Assembly (NCBI GenBank): GCA_047624725.1
Contig: JBLHQB010000003.1
Coordinates: 1-47,243 of the forward strand
DNA: 47,243 bases
Source of the DNA: Patiriisocius sp.
GTDB lineage: Bacteria > Patescibacteriota > Minisyncoccia > Phycocordibacterales > UBA918
Direction: 5' to 3'
A model generated the notes under the pieces. That model searched no databases and was not told the DNA's origin. It saw only the letters and a list, made by a program, of their open reading frames with translations. Of the stretch, positions 26,847 through 35,836 are shown piece by piece; position 1 is the stretch's first letter, and the number at the start of each line of letters is the position of its first letter. The translations under genes and the position numbers were made by a program.

Positions 26847-27497
26847 ATGATTGATATTTATCTTATCCGCCACGGACAGACCGGGGGCAATCTTGCCAAG
26901 CGTCATCAGCTAGAGGAGACACACATTACCCCCGAGGGGAAAGACCAAGCTCGTAAGGTTGGTGCTTTTGTGAAGACATTAAATCTCACGCGGATGATAG
27001 CCAGTAGTCACGTACGAACACTAGAGACTGCTGGGTTTATTACTGAGGGTACTGACTGTATTCCAGAATCAAACCCAATTTTTATGGAGCTTATACGACC
27101 AGATGCAATTTATGGCTATCGACACAAGAGTTCGCGGTCAATGTGGTATCTCATGAAATGGTATTTCGGTTTTGCAGGAGATGATGGGAGTGTGAAAGAA
27201 GGGGAGTCATACCAAGCATTCCGCCAGAGAATTGAAGATGCACAGAACTTACTTACACAAAGCCCAGACGGGGCACGCGTTGCCGTAGTTTCTCACTCAG
27301 TATTCATCAGTTTCTTAGTGGCGCACATGTGCGACACAACTCCAGTTTCTTTCTTCCAAGCACGAAAGTTATTCAAGAACATGCTCAAACTTCGCAACGG
27401 AAGTGTAACGCACGTGCAGTACGATAAGAACGCAGCAGAAGGCGTATGCCCATGGCAACTAGTCGCATATAACCAACACGCACACCTAGACACTTGA
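26847..27497 (+). CDS. histidine phosphatase family protein
   Basis: YLIRHGQT, GESY, VVSHS. Confidence 0.9.
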   Translation: MIDIYLIRHGQTGGNLAKRHQLEETHITPEGKDQARKVGAFVKTLNLTRMIASSHVRTLETAGFITEGTDCIPESNPIFMELIRPDAIYGYRHKSSRSMWYLMKWYFGFAGDDGSVKEGESYQAFRQRIEDAQNLLTQSPDGARVAVVSHSVFISFLVAHMCDTTPVSFFQARKLFKNMLKLRNGSVTHVQYDKNAAEGVCPWQLVAYNQHAHLDT

Positions 27498-27551
27498 TTC
27501 TCAGGCCCATTGTGGCATTCTGCATACAGATAGCTTGAAAGGGAGGCTCTT

Positions 27552-27836
27552 ATGCCATTGATTGTCTGCGACCTCTGCAACGCAATTGATAACACCTCAT
27601 TTGCAATTTACTGGGAAAGAAACGAAGATTGCTTTGATGATCCAGATTTAAAAGGTAAGGCATTGTGTTCCGCATGTTCACCATCTACGTATAGCGATGG
27701 CGAACCGACGCGTTGCAAAGGACTATGGAGTGGTCGGTTTACAAAAGTGATTGCAACCGAAGAACACATGAAAACCGAAGATTTACGAAACTTCGTCCAC
27801 CTCGGACCATTCGAACATCTACGCACCAGCGACTGA
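27552..27836 (+). CDS. small Cys-containing hypothetical protein (CxxC x2)
   Basis: GGAGG SD, CDLC...LCSAC; terminator 27847-27878. Confidence 0.7.
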   Translation: MPLIVCDLCNAIDNTSFAIYWERNEDCFDDPDLKGKALCSACSPSTYSDGEPTRCKGLWSGRFTKVIATEEHMKTEDLRNFVHLGPFEHLRTSD

Positions 27837-27998
27837 AAAAATGACATAAAGGCCAGCAACAAGTTTGCTGGCCTTTTATTTTCCCCCAGTGTATGGCAAT
27901 ATATGGGTCACCCCATTTCCAGGCGGGTGAAATATAGAGAATCGCCTAGTAGCGACTCCATGAACTACGATTCAACAACGAAGTAAAAATCGATCTCT

Positions 27999-28069
27999 TG
28001 CCAGATCGTCTAACGGTAGGACGACGGTTTCTGGTACCGTAAATCGGGGTTCGATTCCCTGTCTGGCAG
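27999..28069 (+). tRNA. tRNA-Gln (CTG)
   Basis: TGCCAGA-TC-GTCTAACGGTAGGAC-G-ACGGT TTCTGGT ACCGT-AAAT-CGGGG TTCGATT CCCTG-TCTGGCA-G. Confidence 0.95.
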
Positions 28070-28237
28070 CTCTTAACAAAAAACACCCTCAGGGGTGCTT
28101 TTTTGTTTTAGAGCTGCCAGACAAGTAACAGTCCGGGGGACTGTTACGCGGGAATCGAAAAGGTTGCCTGATATTTCGCAAGAAATATCGACAACCTGTA
28201 CTGATCCTGTAAGGATCGAATTTCCCTGTCCGCCAAC
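28060..28237. repeat. tRNA-Gln 3' flank: inverted and direct tRNA-end copies with hairpins
   Basis: TGTCTGGCAGCTCT...AGAGCTGCCAGACA; GTAACAGTCC/GGACTGTTAC hairpin; GGGAATCGAA (inverted T-arm); degenerate direct copy GATCGAATTTCCCTGTCCGCCAAC. Confidence 0.75.
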
Positions 28238-28374
28238 TCGTTATTTACCACAAGGTCTAAGCCGACTAAAATAAGTAATATTACAACACATAAAATTAGA
28301 AAATAACGGACGTATCCCCATTTTTCCATTTTTCTATACCCGCCGGAGGTTTATAACTTTGGTATACTTTAGAC

Positions 28375-28587
28375 ATGAAAAGAAAATTTTTAATTTATAT
28401 TGATATCTGTATTCTCATTGTTGTGTGGCTACTTTTTATCTTGTCATTTGGATATCTTTCGGTCGTCAACTTATACTTCCCAAGTTTAGAAATTGCAGGA
28501 AATATTGCAATAATTTCAACTTTGCTTCTCGCGGTTTCGTACACAATTTTTTGGGTTAAAAGATTTAGAAAATCTTTAAGAAAATAA
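28375..28587 (+). CDS. small two-TM membrane protein (cargo)
   Basis: 70 aa hydrophobic, AT-rich; TATACT 6 nt upstream of ATG. Confidence 0.65.
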   Translation: MKRKFLIYIDICILIVVWLLFILSFGYLSVVNLYFPSLEIAGNIAIISTLLLAVSYTIFWVKRFRKSLRK

Positions 28588-28596
28588 CTCAAATTT

Positions 28597-28887
28597 ATGT
28601 TTGAAAGTTTATCGTTCGAGTATTTTAATTTGGCAGAAGGTATTTTTTGGATCGTTTTTGGCCTTCTCTCTTTACTCGCTTACTTTAAGATTAAAAAACC
28701 TTATACGACATTAGCCTTGTTTTCATCTTTTGTGTTGATTACATTCGGTGCATCAGATTTCCTTGAAGTTGCTTACGGAAGTTTTTTAACTCATGGGATG
28801 GAGTGGTTGTTGATTTGGAAAATAATTGATGTCATTGGACTTATTGCGATCGTTCCTTGGTATCTCTTTTTAAGAATTAATGAGTAA
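28597..28887 (+). CDS. small three-TM membrane protein (cargo)
   Basis: FNLAEGIFW...FGASDFLE...WLLIWK. Confidence 0.7.
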   Translation: MFESLSFEYFNLAEGIFWIVFGLLSLLAYFKIKKPYTTLALFSSFVLITFGASDFLEVAYGSFLTHGMEWLLIWKIIDVIGLIAIVPWYLFLRINE

Positions 28888-28888
28888 A

Positions 28889-29877
28889 AAAGTTCGAACA
28901 TCGTCCCATACAGCCAGCAATTCAATTTAGTTATATTTAGCAACATATAAAAGTTTGAATCCCTGATATGTTTTGCTATAGTTTGAATATGAATTTCAAA
29001 TACATACTTAAACTAAATTTACTCTTTCTTGTGTGTCTTATGGGGAGTAATACCGCATCTGCTGCCAATTTAGCACCTGCTGTTTTTAAAGGTGATGTGT
29101 CTCCGTGGTGTAGTACAGAATATCAGCTAGAAATTTTAAATACTGATTCAAATAATGCTCCTTTAAATATTTCATATGCTGATGTTCCTGATTTTTTAAT
29201 TGAGCGTGATGCAGATAAAGATGCATCCACAGGGATTGGTGATTGGGTTTCTGTAAGTAAAAATCGAGTTGTTCTCAATCCCGGAGAAACCGACATTGTT
29301 ACTGTCAGCATCGAGCCTGCTCAGGACATAAAATCAGGGAAATACTATGGACTTGTGATGGTTGAGGGTGTTAATTCATCAGGTGCCTCTGGGCTGGGAC
29401 ATGTCATAAATTTAGATGTTGCAACCGAGTTGCAGGCAAATACTGATGTGGTTGATTTTGACATAACGCATTCTCAACTCAGCTTTGATGAAGTAATGAT
29501 TAGCGTTAAGATAGAAAATACTGAGGATCTCCCCGTTGAATCTTTAAGTGCTTTTTCTGTAGAAGTTGTAAATATGTTTGGTTATGTTGTTGATGAAATT
29601 GATATTTCAAGTGAGAAAAAACCTGCTGTGTGTCCTGGTGAAGTAAGTGAATTTTTACTTAATTGGAATCCTGGGGTGCTTAGTTTTGGTCTCTATACCT
29701 TTAAGTTAAAAAACCTAGAGCGAAGCACAGAAATTCCTAAAGAAACTACTTTCATCCTTACTCCTCTTGGTTCGCTCGTGGTGATATTGATTGTTGTTTC
29801 ACTTGCGTTAATTATTAGAAGAATTGTCGTAAGAGTGAAAATTTAATAAAGTTCGAACATCGTCTCATACAGCCAGC
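28889..29877 (+). repeat. 30-bp direct repeats (28889-28918 and 29848-29877) flanking one gene
   Basis: AAAGTTCGAACATCGTC(C/T)CATACAGCCAGC, 29/30 identical, each placed right after a stop codon. Confidence 0.9.
28989..29846 (+). CDS. exported Ig-like/beta-sandwich surface protein with C-terminal TM anchor (cargo)
   Basis: signal peptide ending ASA, WVSV...LNPGE...SGKYYG pattern, C-terminal TM plus basic tail; ORF track start 28968. Confidence 0.7.
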   Translation: MNFKYILKLNLLFLVCLMGSNTASAANLAPAVFKGDVSPWCSTEYQLEILNTDSNNAPLNISYADVPDFLIERDADKDASTGIGDWVSVSKNRVVLNPGETDIVTVSIEPAQDIKSGKYYGLVMVEGVNSSGASGLGHVINLDVATELQANTDVVDFDITHSQLSFDEVMISVKIENTEDLPVESLSAFSVEVVNMFGYVVDEIDISSEKKPAVCPGEVSEFLLNWNPGVLSFGLYTFKLKNLERSTEIPKETTFILTPLGSLVVILIVVSLALIIRRIVVRVKI

Positions 29878-29978
29878 CAATCAAGACACCTCAAACACGA
29901 AAGTGTTTGAGGTGTTTGTCTAACCAAACAAAAAACTGACCAGGGTACCCCGGTCAGTTTACTTCTTATCCTACTATT

Positions 29979-30251
29979 TTAGAACCTGCTATTCACATCC
30001 TTGAATAGATGCTCACAAGTTAGACAAGTGCCACCGCAGTGACACCTTTGCCCCTGTCTGCGCCCTTTGGCTATGTGCCGGCGCAGATCTTCTGCTGTCT
30101 CAACGTATGGTTCCTTTTTAGGGAACATGCCCTGTGAAAAATTGGTAATCCCGTCAATAATTCGCCCAAATAATTTGCGCCCTGTTATGGTATTCGTGCC
30201 ATCTTGTACGTCTACTTCACCCATAGACACGTCTCCCGAAAGAACAATCAT
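29979..30251 (-). CDS. small hypothetical protein with C-terminal Cys cluster
   Basis: CHCGGTCLTC; GAAGGAG SD, TTGACA-17-TATTCT promoter (about 30307-30279), hairpin 29932-29960. Confidence 0.6.
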   Translation of the reverse strand: MIVLSGDVSMGEVDVQDGTNTITGRKLFGRIIDGITNFSQGMFPKKEPYVETAEDLRRHIAKGRRQGQRCHCGGTCLTCEHLFKDVNSRF

Positions 30252-30460
30252 TCATTTTTCTCCTTCAAATGATCGCTGAGAATACCTTGGATGGATTGCG
30301 GTGTCAACGAGTCTTGTGCGTAGATAGTTGTGCAGATGATCCAATTTCTATAATAGATATAAAGTAAGCCATAAAATATTCATAAAACAAATTCTTGCTA
30401 CTCTAGGCTAAGGGTATATAATAAATCTACATTAGATAGTCTAAAATAAATCTAAAATAT

Positions 30461-31105
30461 ATGTCTATAAAAGATGAAGAAGCCCGGTATGGGGTAGACA
30501 TTGCGGTGAAGCGTGCTGATGATCTTGACCGGATGATGATTGAGTACACAGCTTCACTGGAGAATCCCCATATTCTTGATTTGGGCAGTGGCGAAGGAGG
30601 TCAGTCCCTACGTTTGGTGAAAGCAGGTGCACGAGTTACTGCGTTTGACATTGATGATTATTCAGAGGTATTTGAAAAGATTCGTGATAGCGATGATTCT
30701 CTATTGACGAGAATACGATTCTTTCAAGGGGACATAGTAGCACTGCCTTCTGTGTTCAATGAGCAAAGATTTGATGCATGCAGCATGCAACGTGTGTTGC
30801 ACTACGTACCATATCATCAGGCATATTTTCTTTTGAAAGATCTGAAGAAGCGCATTGAGGGTAAGTTATATGTATCGGTAAGCGGTTTAGACAGTGCTAT
30901 TGGAAATAATTATCTTGATGCGAACAAACTGGCGGAAGATCGTTTTTGTCGCCTTGAGCCTGAATTTGCAGACACTTTCTCAATTCATGAACCGTTGTGT
31001 TTATATACACAAGAAGAGTTTAGAACATTACTTACCAATGCAGGCTGGGAAGTGTTAGAATGCTGGACATCAGAGTTCGGAAACAATAAAGCGATCTGTA
31101 AATAA
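30461..31105 (+). CDS. class I SAM-dependent methyltransferase
   Basis: [25 protein letters not shown]. Confidence 0.9.
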   Translation: MSIKDEEARYGVDIAVKRADDLDRMMIEYTASLENPHILDLGSGEGGQSLRLVKAGARVTAFDIDDYSEVFEKIRDSDDSLLTRIRFFQGDIVALPSVFNEQRFDACSMQRVLHYVPYHQAYFLLKDLKKRIEGKLYVSVSGLDSAIGNNYLDANKLAEDRFCRLEPEFADTFSIHEPLCLYTQEEFRTLLTNAGWEVLECWTSEFGNNKAICK

Positions 31106-31110
31106 TTATT

Positions 31111-31344
31111 TTGACTACTACACAACCACAACCAAAAAATCCATTACACGGAATTACCCTTAAAGCTCAAGTTGAGGCATTGGTTGAAAAGTTTGGCTGG
31201 GAAGAGCTTGGGCAAAAAATTACCATTGATTGCTTTAATGATAAGCCGAGCGTTAAATCAAGTCTCACGTTTTTGCGTAAGACAGTCTGGGCGCGCGAGA
31301 AGGTTGAGAAGCTCTATCTTTGGACGTTTCATAAAAAGTGGTAG
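31111..31344 (+). CDS. VF530/DUF2132 family protein
   Basis: [44 protein letters not shown]. Confidence 0.9.
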   Translation: MTTTQPQPKNPLHGITLKAQVEALVEKFGWEELGQKITIDCFNDKPSVKSSLTFLRKTVWAREKVEKLYLWTFHKKW

Positions 31345-31350
31345 AGAGGC

Positions 31351-31382
31351 AAAAAAATCCTAGGGCTGCCCTAGGATTTTTT
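31351..31382. terminator. bidirectional terminator
   Basis: AAAAAAATCCTAGGG-CTG-CCCTAGGATTTTTT between convergent genes. Confidence 0.8.
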
Positions 31383-31391
31383 AATGGTTAG

Positions 31392-32444
31392 CTACTTACC
31401 TTGGCCGTAGTAGACCTTGAGCTGCTCTACGTGCTCTTTATAGGTCGGGGTGCAGTGGAACTGACTGTCGAGGTCATGGAAGTAGAATAGGCACTCTGTC
31501 TGGACTGGGTTCAATGCAGCGAGAACCGCTGCGGTTGAAGGGTTGCCAATTGGTTGCGGGGGAAGTCCTTTGTTTTGGTACGTGTTAAAAGGGGAGTCGA
31601 TGTACTTATCATCAGGGATTACCGGAGGGTACCAGGTACTTACATGGGTGGTGCCTTTTGCGTACTGGAGCGTTGCATCGATCTGTAGCTTCATGTCGAT
31701 AAATAGTCGATTCCAGATCACTCCTGATATCTCACGCATATCGGTAAAGTCGTAGGCTTCACGTTCGAGCATTGAAGCGATGACTAATGCGTCTTGCAGT
31801 GGGACCGCAGAGGTGACGTTTTGCGTGTATCGTGCAAGTATCTCGGTGTTAAATCGATCGATGAGGATAGTTGCCACTGTTTCTGGCGTTGCGCCTTTCT
31901 CCACAAGGTAATGAGCAGGGAAGAGTGTGCCTTCATCAAGGTTAGGGGTCGCGTCGTTTATCAGTGTTGAGAAGGTGGTCCGCTCCCCTGCGTCCCAATT
32001 AAGGATGTCCCCAAAACGTTTGGTTACTTCTTCGGTTCGGGCACCCGCTCGCACTATGAGGATACGACTGTGTGGGGAAGCGAGATTTTGATACCAATCC
32101 AATGCAGCGAATTCTGCGATGATGTAGCGCAGCCATCCTTCTTTACTACTTTTGTCGGATCTTGTGTCCTGGACCTGTAGTGACAGGCTATTGTTGAGAT
32201 AGGTGTCTACTTTTGTGTTTTCAACAATAGTCTTCTCTCGTGGATAGACACTCACGGGGAAAGGTTCGTGTGAGGGAACAGTGTCTACAATAGTCTTTAC
32301 TGATTCACTAAATGCTACTTCCTTTGTGTGGAGTAAGCCAATTGAAGCCGATGCAGAAATGATCGACAGAAAAAGAACCGTAACGTAGGTGATACGGATG
32401 AGCTTCTTTGCGGAGGCAGGCGCAATGGTGCTGTGTAAGTGCAT
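31392..32444 (-). CDS. mltG: endolytic transglycosylase MltG (YceG family)
   Basis: EGTLFP..Y, IASMLERE, VIWNRL..MKLQIDAT, SPFNTY..GLPPQPIGNP; likely start 32444. Confidence 0.9.
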   Translation of the reverse strand: MHLHSTIAPASAKKLIRITYVTVLFLSIISASASIGLLHTKEVAFSESVKTIVDTVPSHEPFPVSVYPREKTIVENTKVDTYLNNSLSLQVQDTRSDKSSKEGWLRYIIAEFAALDWYQNLASPHSRILIVRAGARTEEVTKRFGDILNWDAGERTTFSTLINDATPNLDEGTLFPAHYLVEKGATPETVATILIDRFNTEILARYTQNVTSAVPLQDALVIASMLEREAYDFTDMREISGVIWNRLFIDMKLQIDATLQYAKGTTHVSTWYPPVIPDDKYIDSPFNTYQNKGLPPQPIGNPSTAAVLAALNPVQTECLFYFHDLDSQFHCTPTYKEHVEQLKVYYGQGK

Positions 32445-32513
32445 TGCTAACATTATACACAACAAAAAAACACCCAAGAGCATGCTCTTGGGTGTTTTTC
32501 TAGCTATACAGTG

Positions 32514-33857
32514 TTATTTCTTCGCTGCAACAAATGTAAGTGCCATTCCTTTCTTGTCACCTCGTCCTGTTCGTCCGATTCGGTGAACATAATCTTCGAA
32601 GGTGTTTGGAAGGTCGTAGTTAATTACGTGCGTTACGTTATCAACGTGGATACCTCGCGCTGCTACATCAGTAGCTACAAGTACTCGAGCGTTACCACTT
32701 TTGAACTTCGCTAGTGCTTGCTGTCGTTGTCCGTGACTTTTGTTTCCATGGATTGATTCAGCCTTCACTCCTGCGTGTGTAAGTTCCTTAGCTAGTTTCT
32801 CAACACTGTGCTTCATAGCACCGAAGATGATTACTCGCTTGAAGTCATCTTTTTCAAGAAGACCAGTAAGGATGTCGAATTTATCGTGGTTGCTGTGCGG
32901 TACAACGTCCTGCGCGATACTGTTCGTAACGTCCTTCTTCTTTACTGAGATAGTCACAGGGTCCTTGAGGAAGTCGTGTACGAGCTTTTCTACGTCTTTC
33001 CCCATAGTTGCGGAGAAGAAGAGTGTTTCTCGATCATCAGGCGTCATAGACAGAATTGACTTCATGTCGTGGATGAATCCCATATCAAGCATTCGGTCAG
33101 CTTCATCAAGTACTACAGTCGTTACCTTGCTCGCATCGAATCGTTGTCGATTGATAAGGTCAAGAACACGTCCTGGAGTTCCGATAATGAAGTGATTCTT
33201 TCGTCGTAGTGCGTTGATCTGTGGTCGGATGTTTGTACCTCCAACACATACTGTTGAGTACATCTTAAGGTCCTTAGCAAGACGCTTTAGTTCGTCCTCA
33301 ATCTGGATAGCAAGTTCTCGCGTTGGTGCAAGAATCAGTGTCTGTCGAGAGTATTCGTTAAGTGTCTTTTCTAGTAGAGGAACGAGGAATGCAGCAGTCT
33401 TACCGGTTCCTGTTTCCGCTAGTCCGATTACATCGTGTCCATTAAGAATTTCTGGGATAACTTGATCCTGGATAGGAGAAGGTACTTCAATCCCCATGTT
33501 CTTGATTGTCTTTACCAGTCGTCCTGAAAGACCGAAGTCACTGAACTTGTGCTGTGCTACGTATGTTTCTTCTGCGACATCAACAGGGTTCTTGTTGATG
33601 AACTGTGATGGGTCGAATGTTGGCATCTTTCGTCCGCCACCACGTCCGCCTCCACCTCCTGATCGCGAACCTCCTCGAGATCCACCACCGTTTCCGCCTC
33701 GGTATCCACCGCCACCACGTCCTGCACTTCCACCATGTGGTCGCTTTCGTGGTCCAGAAGAAGAAGATCCTCCGTGTGAACGAGTGCTTGAGTAACTGTT
33801 ATTTGCTCGCGAAGGAGAACCACTCCGACTTGGTCGGCTATTGTTTGTTGTATTCAT
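32514..33857 (-). CDS. DEAD-box RNA helicase with RGG-rich N-terminus
   Basis: AETGTGKT, APTRELA, TPGR, LDEADRMLDMGF, FSAT, TDVAARG, YVHRIGRTGR. Confidence 0.96.
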   Translation of the reverse strand: MNTTNNSRPSRSGSPSRANNSYSSTRSHGGSSSSGPRKRPHGGSAGRGGGGYRGGNGGGSRGGSRSGGGGGRGGGRKMPTFDPSQFINKNPVDVAEETYVAQHKFSDFGLSGRLVKTIKNMGIEVPSPIQDQVIPEILNGHDVIGLAETGTGKTAAFLVPLLEKTLNEYSRQTLILAPTRELAIQIEDELKRLAKDLKMYSTVCVGGTNIRPQINALRRKNHFIIGTPGRVLDLINRQRFDASKVTTVVLDEADRMLDMGFIHDMKSILSMTPDDRETLFFSATMGKDVEKLVHDFLKDPVTISVKKKDVTNSIAQDVVPHSNHDKFDILTGLLEKDDFKRVIIFGAMKHSVEKLAKELTHAGVKAESIHGNKSHGQRQQALAKFKSGNARVLVATDVAARGIHVDNVTHVINYDLPNTFEDYVHRIGRTGRGDKKGMALTFVAAKK

Positions 33858-34102
33858 CTAGTATTTAGAGTTAGTAAAACACCGTAGTGTTTTGGGGTGT
33901 GTAGGTGTTAAATTGAGAAATGTATTCACATAGAGGCATCTTGCGATGCGTTCTTGCGACATACAGTCGCTGTACAGGTACCCCTTTTTCTCCTAAAGAA
34001 AAAAAGCAGGCAATCCTGGTGATTAAGCCTCCCAGGCTTTATCACCCCACACGAGTTTCAAAAGCTTGGCGGTACAATAATACGTATCTAGTTATTTGTC
34101 AA
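33858..34102 (-). promoter_or_regulatory. promoter and ~210-nt structured 5' leader of the DEAD-box helicase
   Basis: TTGACA-17-TATTGT near 34102-34074; hairpins GGTGATAAAGCC..GGCTTAATCACC, GCGAC..GTCGC, GCATC..GATGC, AAAACAC..GTGTTTT. Confidence 0.5.
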
Positions 34103-34137
34103 GTTCATTAAGCGATTTATACCTTTTTGTAAGCTAC

Positions 34138-34991
34138 GCACTGGAATGCAAGAAGTTAGAACCAGTATTATAGAGAGCGAGTATAATTTTCTACCAAGCT
34201 GGGTGCGTATAGAAGCTGTGTAGTGATATACTTTTGATATGGAAAATGAAACTTTAGAACATGAAAAAATGCAGGTGGAGCAAACTAGCCCACTGCACCA
34301 AGTAACCCCTTTATCAAAATACTTAGCATTAGCGTTGTTCGTCATCCTTCCGTTTCTTGGAGGGTGGATTGGGTATACGTATGCACCTGAGAAAGTTGTT
34401 GTGAAGGAAGTTATTGTTGGAAAAGAGACTGAAGCCAAATCAGCTGAAATTGAAAAGGTGTTATTTGTTGACTTCGATGTTACGTCATCTTCTGATAGTG
34501 AGTATGCAATGAACTGGTCTAGTCACGAAGATGTTCAAAAAATCTTTGGAGAACTTGATACTGCATATATTACGTTTGCTTTAGTACCTGAAGGAGAAGG
34601 GGTGAGTTACAGGAATAAAAACGGTGTACTTCAAAGTATTGGAGATGGATTTACATTTGACCAAAAATCTTACTCATTTAGTCCAAAAAGCTATGCTGAA
34701 AACTTTTCCTGGGAACTTGATTGGGGTTCAGAGTATCAAGTTTTTGCACAAGTAACATACCAACCACGCTCGTTTGAATGTGATCCACTGGTGAAAGGTG
34801 AGTGTTCCCCTGTCTATAGTAAAAATGATAAGTTACTAATTACTGAAGCAGGAGATTATGTATTCATGAGCAAACCTTTTGTTTTAGAATAAGTTCGAAT
34901 CTTCAGTTCGGCATAATAAAAATACCCTTGAAAAACAAGGGTATCTTTATTTGTGCACTGGAATGCAGGAAGTTAGAACCAGTATTATAGA
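34138..34991 (+). repeat. 37-bp direct repeats (34138-34174 and 34955-34991) flanking one gene
   Basis: GCACTGGAATGCA(A/G)GAAGTTAGAACCAGTATTATAGA, 36/37 identical. Confidence 0.9.
34239..34892 (+). CDS. membrane-anchored hypothetical protein (cargo)
   Basis: LHQVTPLSKYLALALFVILPFLGGWIG N-terminal anchor, then a soluble domain with no recognised motif. Confidence 0.8.
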   Translation: MENETLEHEKMQVEQTSPLHQVTPLSKYLALALFVILPFLGGWIGYTYAPEKVVVKEVIVGKETEAKSAEIEKVLFVDFDVTSSSDSEYAMNWSSHEDVQKIFGELDTAYITFALVPEGEGVSYRNKNGVLQSIGDGFTFDQKSYSFSPKSYAENFSWELDWGSEYQVFAQVTYQPRSFECDPLVKGECSPVYSKNDKLLITEAGDYVFMSKPFVLE

Positions 34992-35004
34992 AAGTGAATG
35001 TGGT

Positions 35005-35373
35005 TTACCGATTCAACACTGAATCCACAAACCCACGAACATCTGGTTGTCCAAATCTATTTGCAGCGGGATCACCAGCTTTATACGACACATACACAAG
35101 AAACGGTAATGCTACATACGGGACGAAAATAAGGAATGTCCAGAGGCCTGATTGGTTGATATCGTGCGCGCGCCTAAAAGCACAGATGAACTGGAAGGGT
35201 AGGCCTATAACCATGATGCCGATCAGAGAGTTAACGCTATCAAGAGAAACACCTTGCAGGCCATTTCTGAACATAAAGGCAACGATAAGGAGTGTTCCAG
35301 CGAGTAATACGAGCTGACTGTATATAAAGTTCTTTCGGCTCATTCTTCCTGCAAAGGGTTGTTTGATTTCCAT
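35005..35373 (-). CDS. DUF805 family membrane protein
   Basis: FAGRMSRKNF, RRAHDINQSG, GDPAANRFG; likely start 35373. Confidence 0.88.
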   Translation of the reverse strand: MEIKQPFAGRMSRKNFIYSQLVLLAGTLLIVAFMFRNGLQGVSLDSVNSLIGIMVIGLPFQFICAFRRAHDINQSGLWTFLIFVPYVALPFLVYVSYKAGDPAANRFGQPDVRGFVDSVLNR

Positions 35374-35395
35374 TAACTGCAGTATAGCACTGCAG

Positions 35396-35782
35396 TTATG
35401 AGCAATTCTGACAGATACCATAATAGGTCACCTCGTGATTGGTGATCTTTGTAAATGCTGGGTGGCTTGGCGTGGCGGGTTCAGCAGTATCGCACGGGGT
35501 ATGTGCTATGAAATCACAGTTGGTGCAGGCGATGTGATGATGGTGGCCGTGAGACAGTGCGTAGCGGGGGAGGGAGTCTGCAAGATTGATTGTTTCTATT
35601 AAGTGTTCTTTGCTAAACAGTTCGATATTTCGATACACTGATGCCTCGTTGCTTGAGGTTCGGTCTGCCAATTCCTGTATGGTGTGGGGGGTCGTACTAT
35701 TTTCAAGTGACTCTAAGAGTGCCATGCGCGCAAGCGTGATGCGATATCCTTTTTTCTTGAGTGCTTGGAGTGCTTTTTGCAT
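35396..35782 (-). CDS. Fur-family metal-responsive repressor (Zur-like)
   Basis: GYRIT..R, ASVYRNI, HHHHIACTNC, YGICQNC; divergent from ZIP transporter. Confidence 0.92.
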   Translation of the reverse strand: MQKALQALKKKGYRITLARMALLESLENSTTPHTIQELADRTSSNEASVYRNIELFSKEHLIETINLADSLPRYALSHGHHHHIACTNCDFIAHTPCDTAEPATPSHPAFTKITNHEVTYYGICQNCS

Positions 35783-35788
35783 AGTGAT

Positions 35789-35829
35789 TAGTATAGCTTA
35801 TTGCAAATTATTTGCAATAAGCTATACTA
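35789..35829. promoter_or_regulatory. perfect 41-bp palindrome: bidirectional promoter plus Fur/Zur-type operator
   Basis: TAGTATAGCTTATTGCAAAT-T-ATTTGCAATAAGCTATACTA; TTGCAA-16-TATACT on both strands. Confidence 0.8.
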
Positions 35830-35836
35830 GCCGGAC

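Noticed and set aside
30405-30460. Short TCTAAAATA/AATCTA repeats upstream of the methyltransferase as an operator or iteron
   Set aside because: Very AT-rich context and short units; cannot be distinguished from chance by eye.
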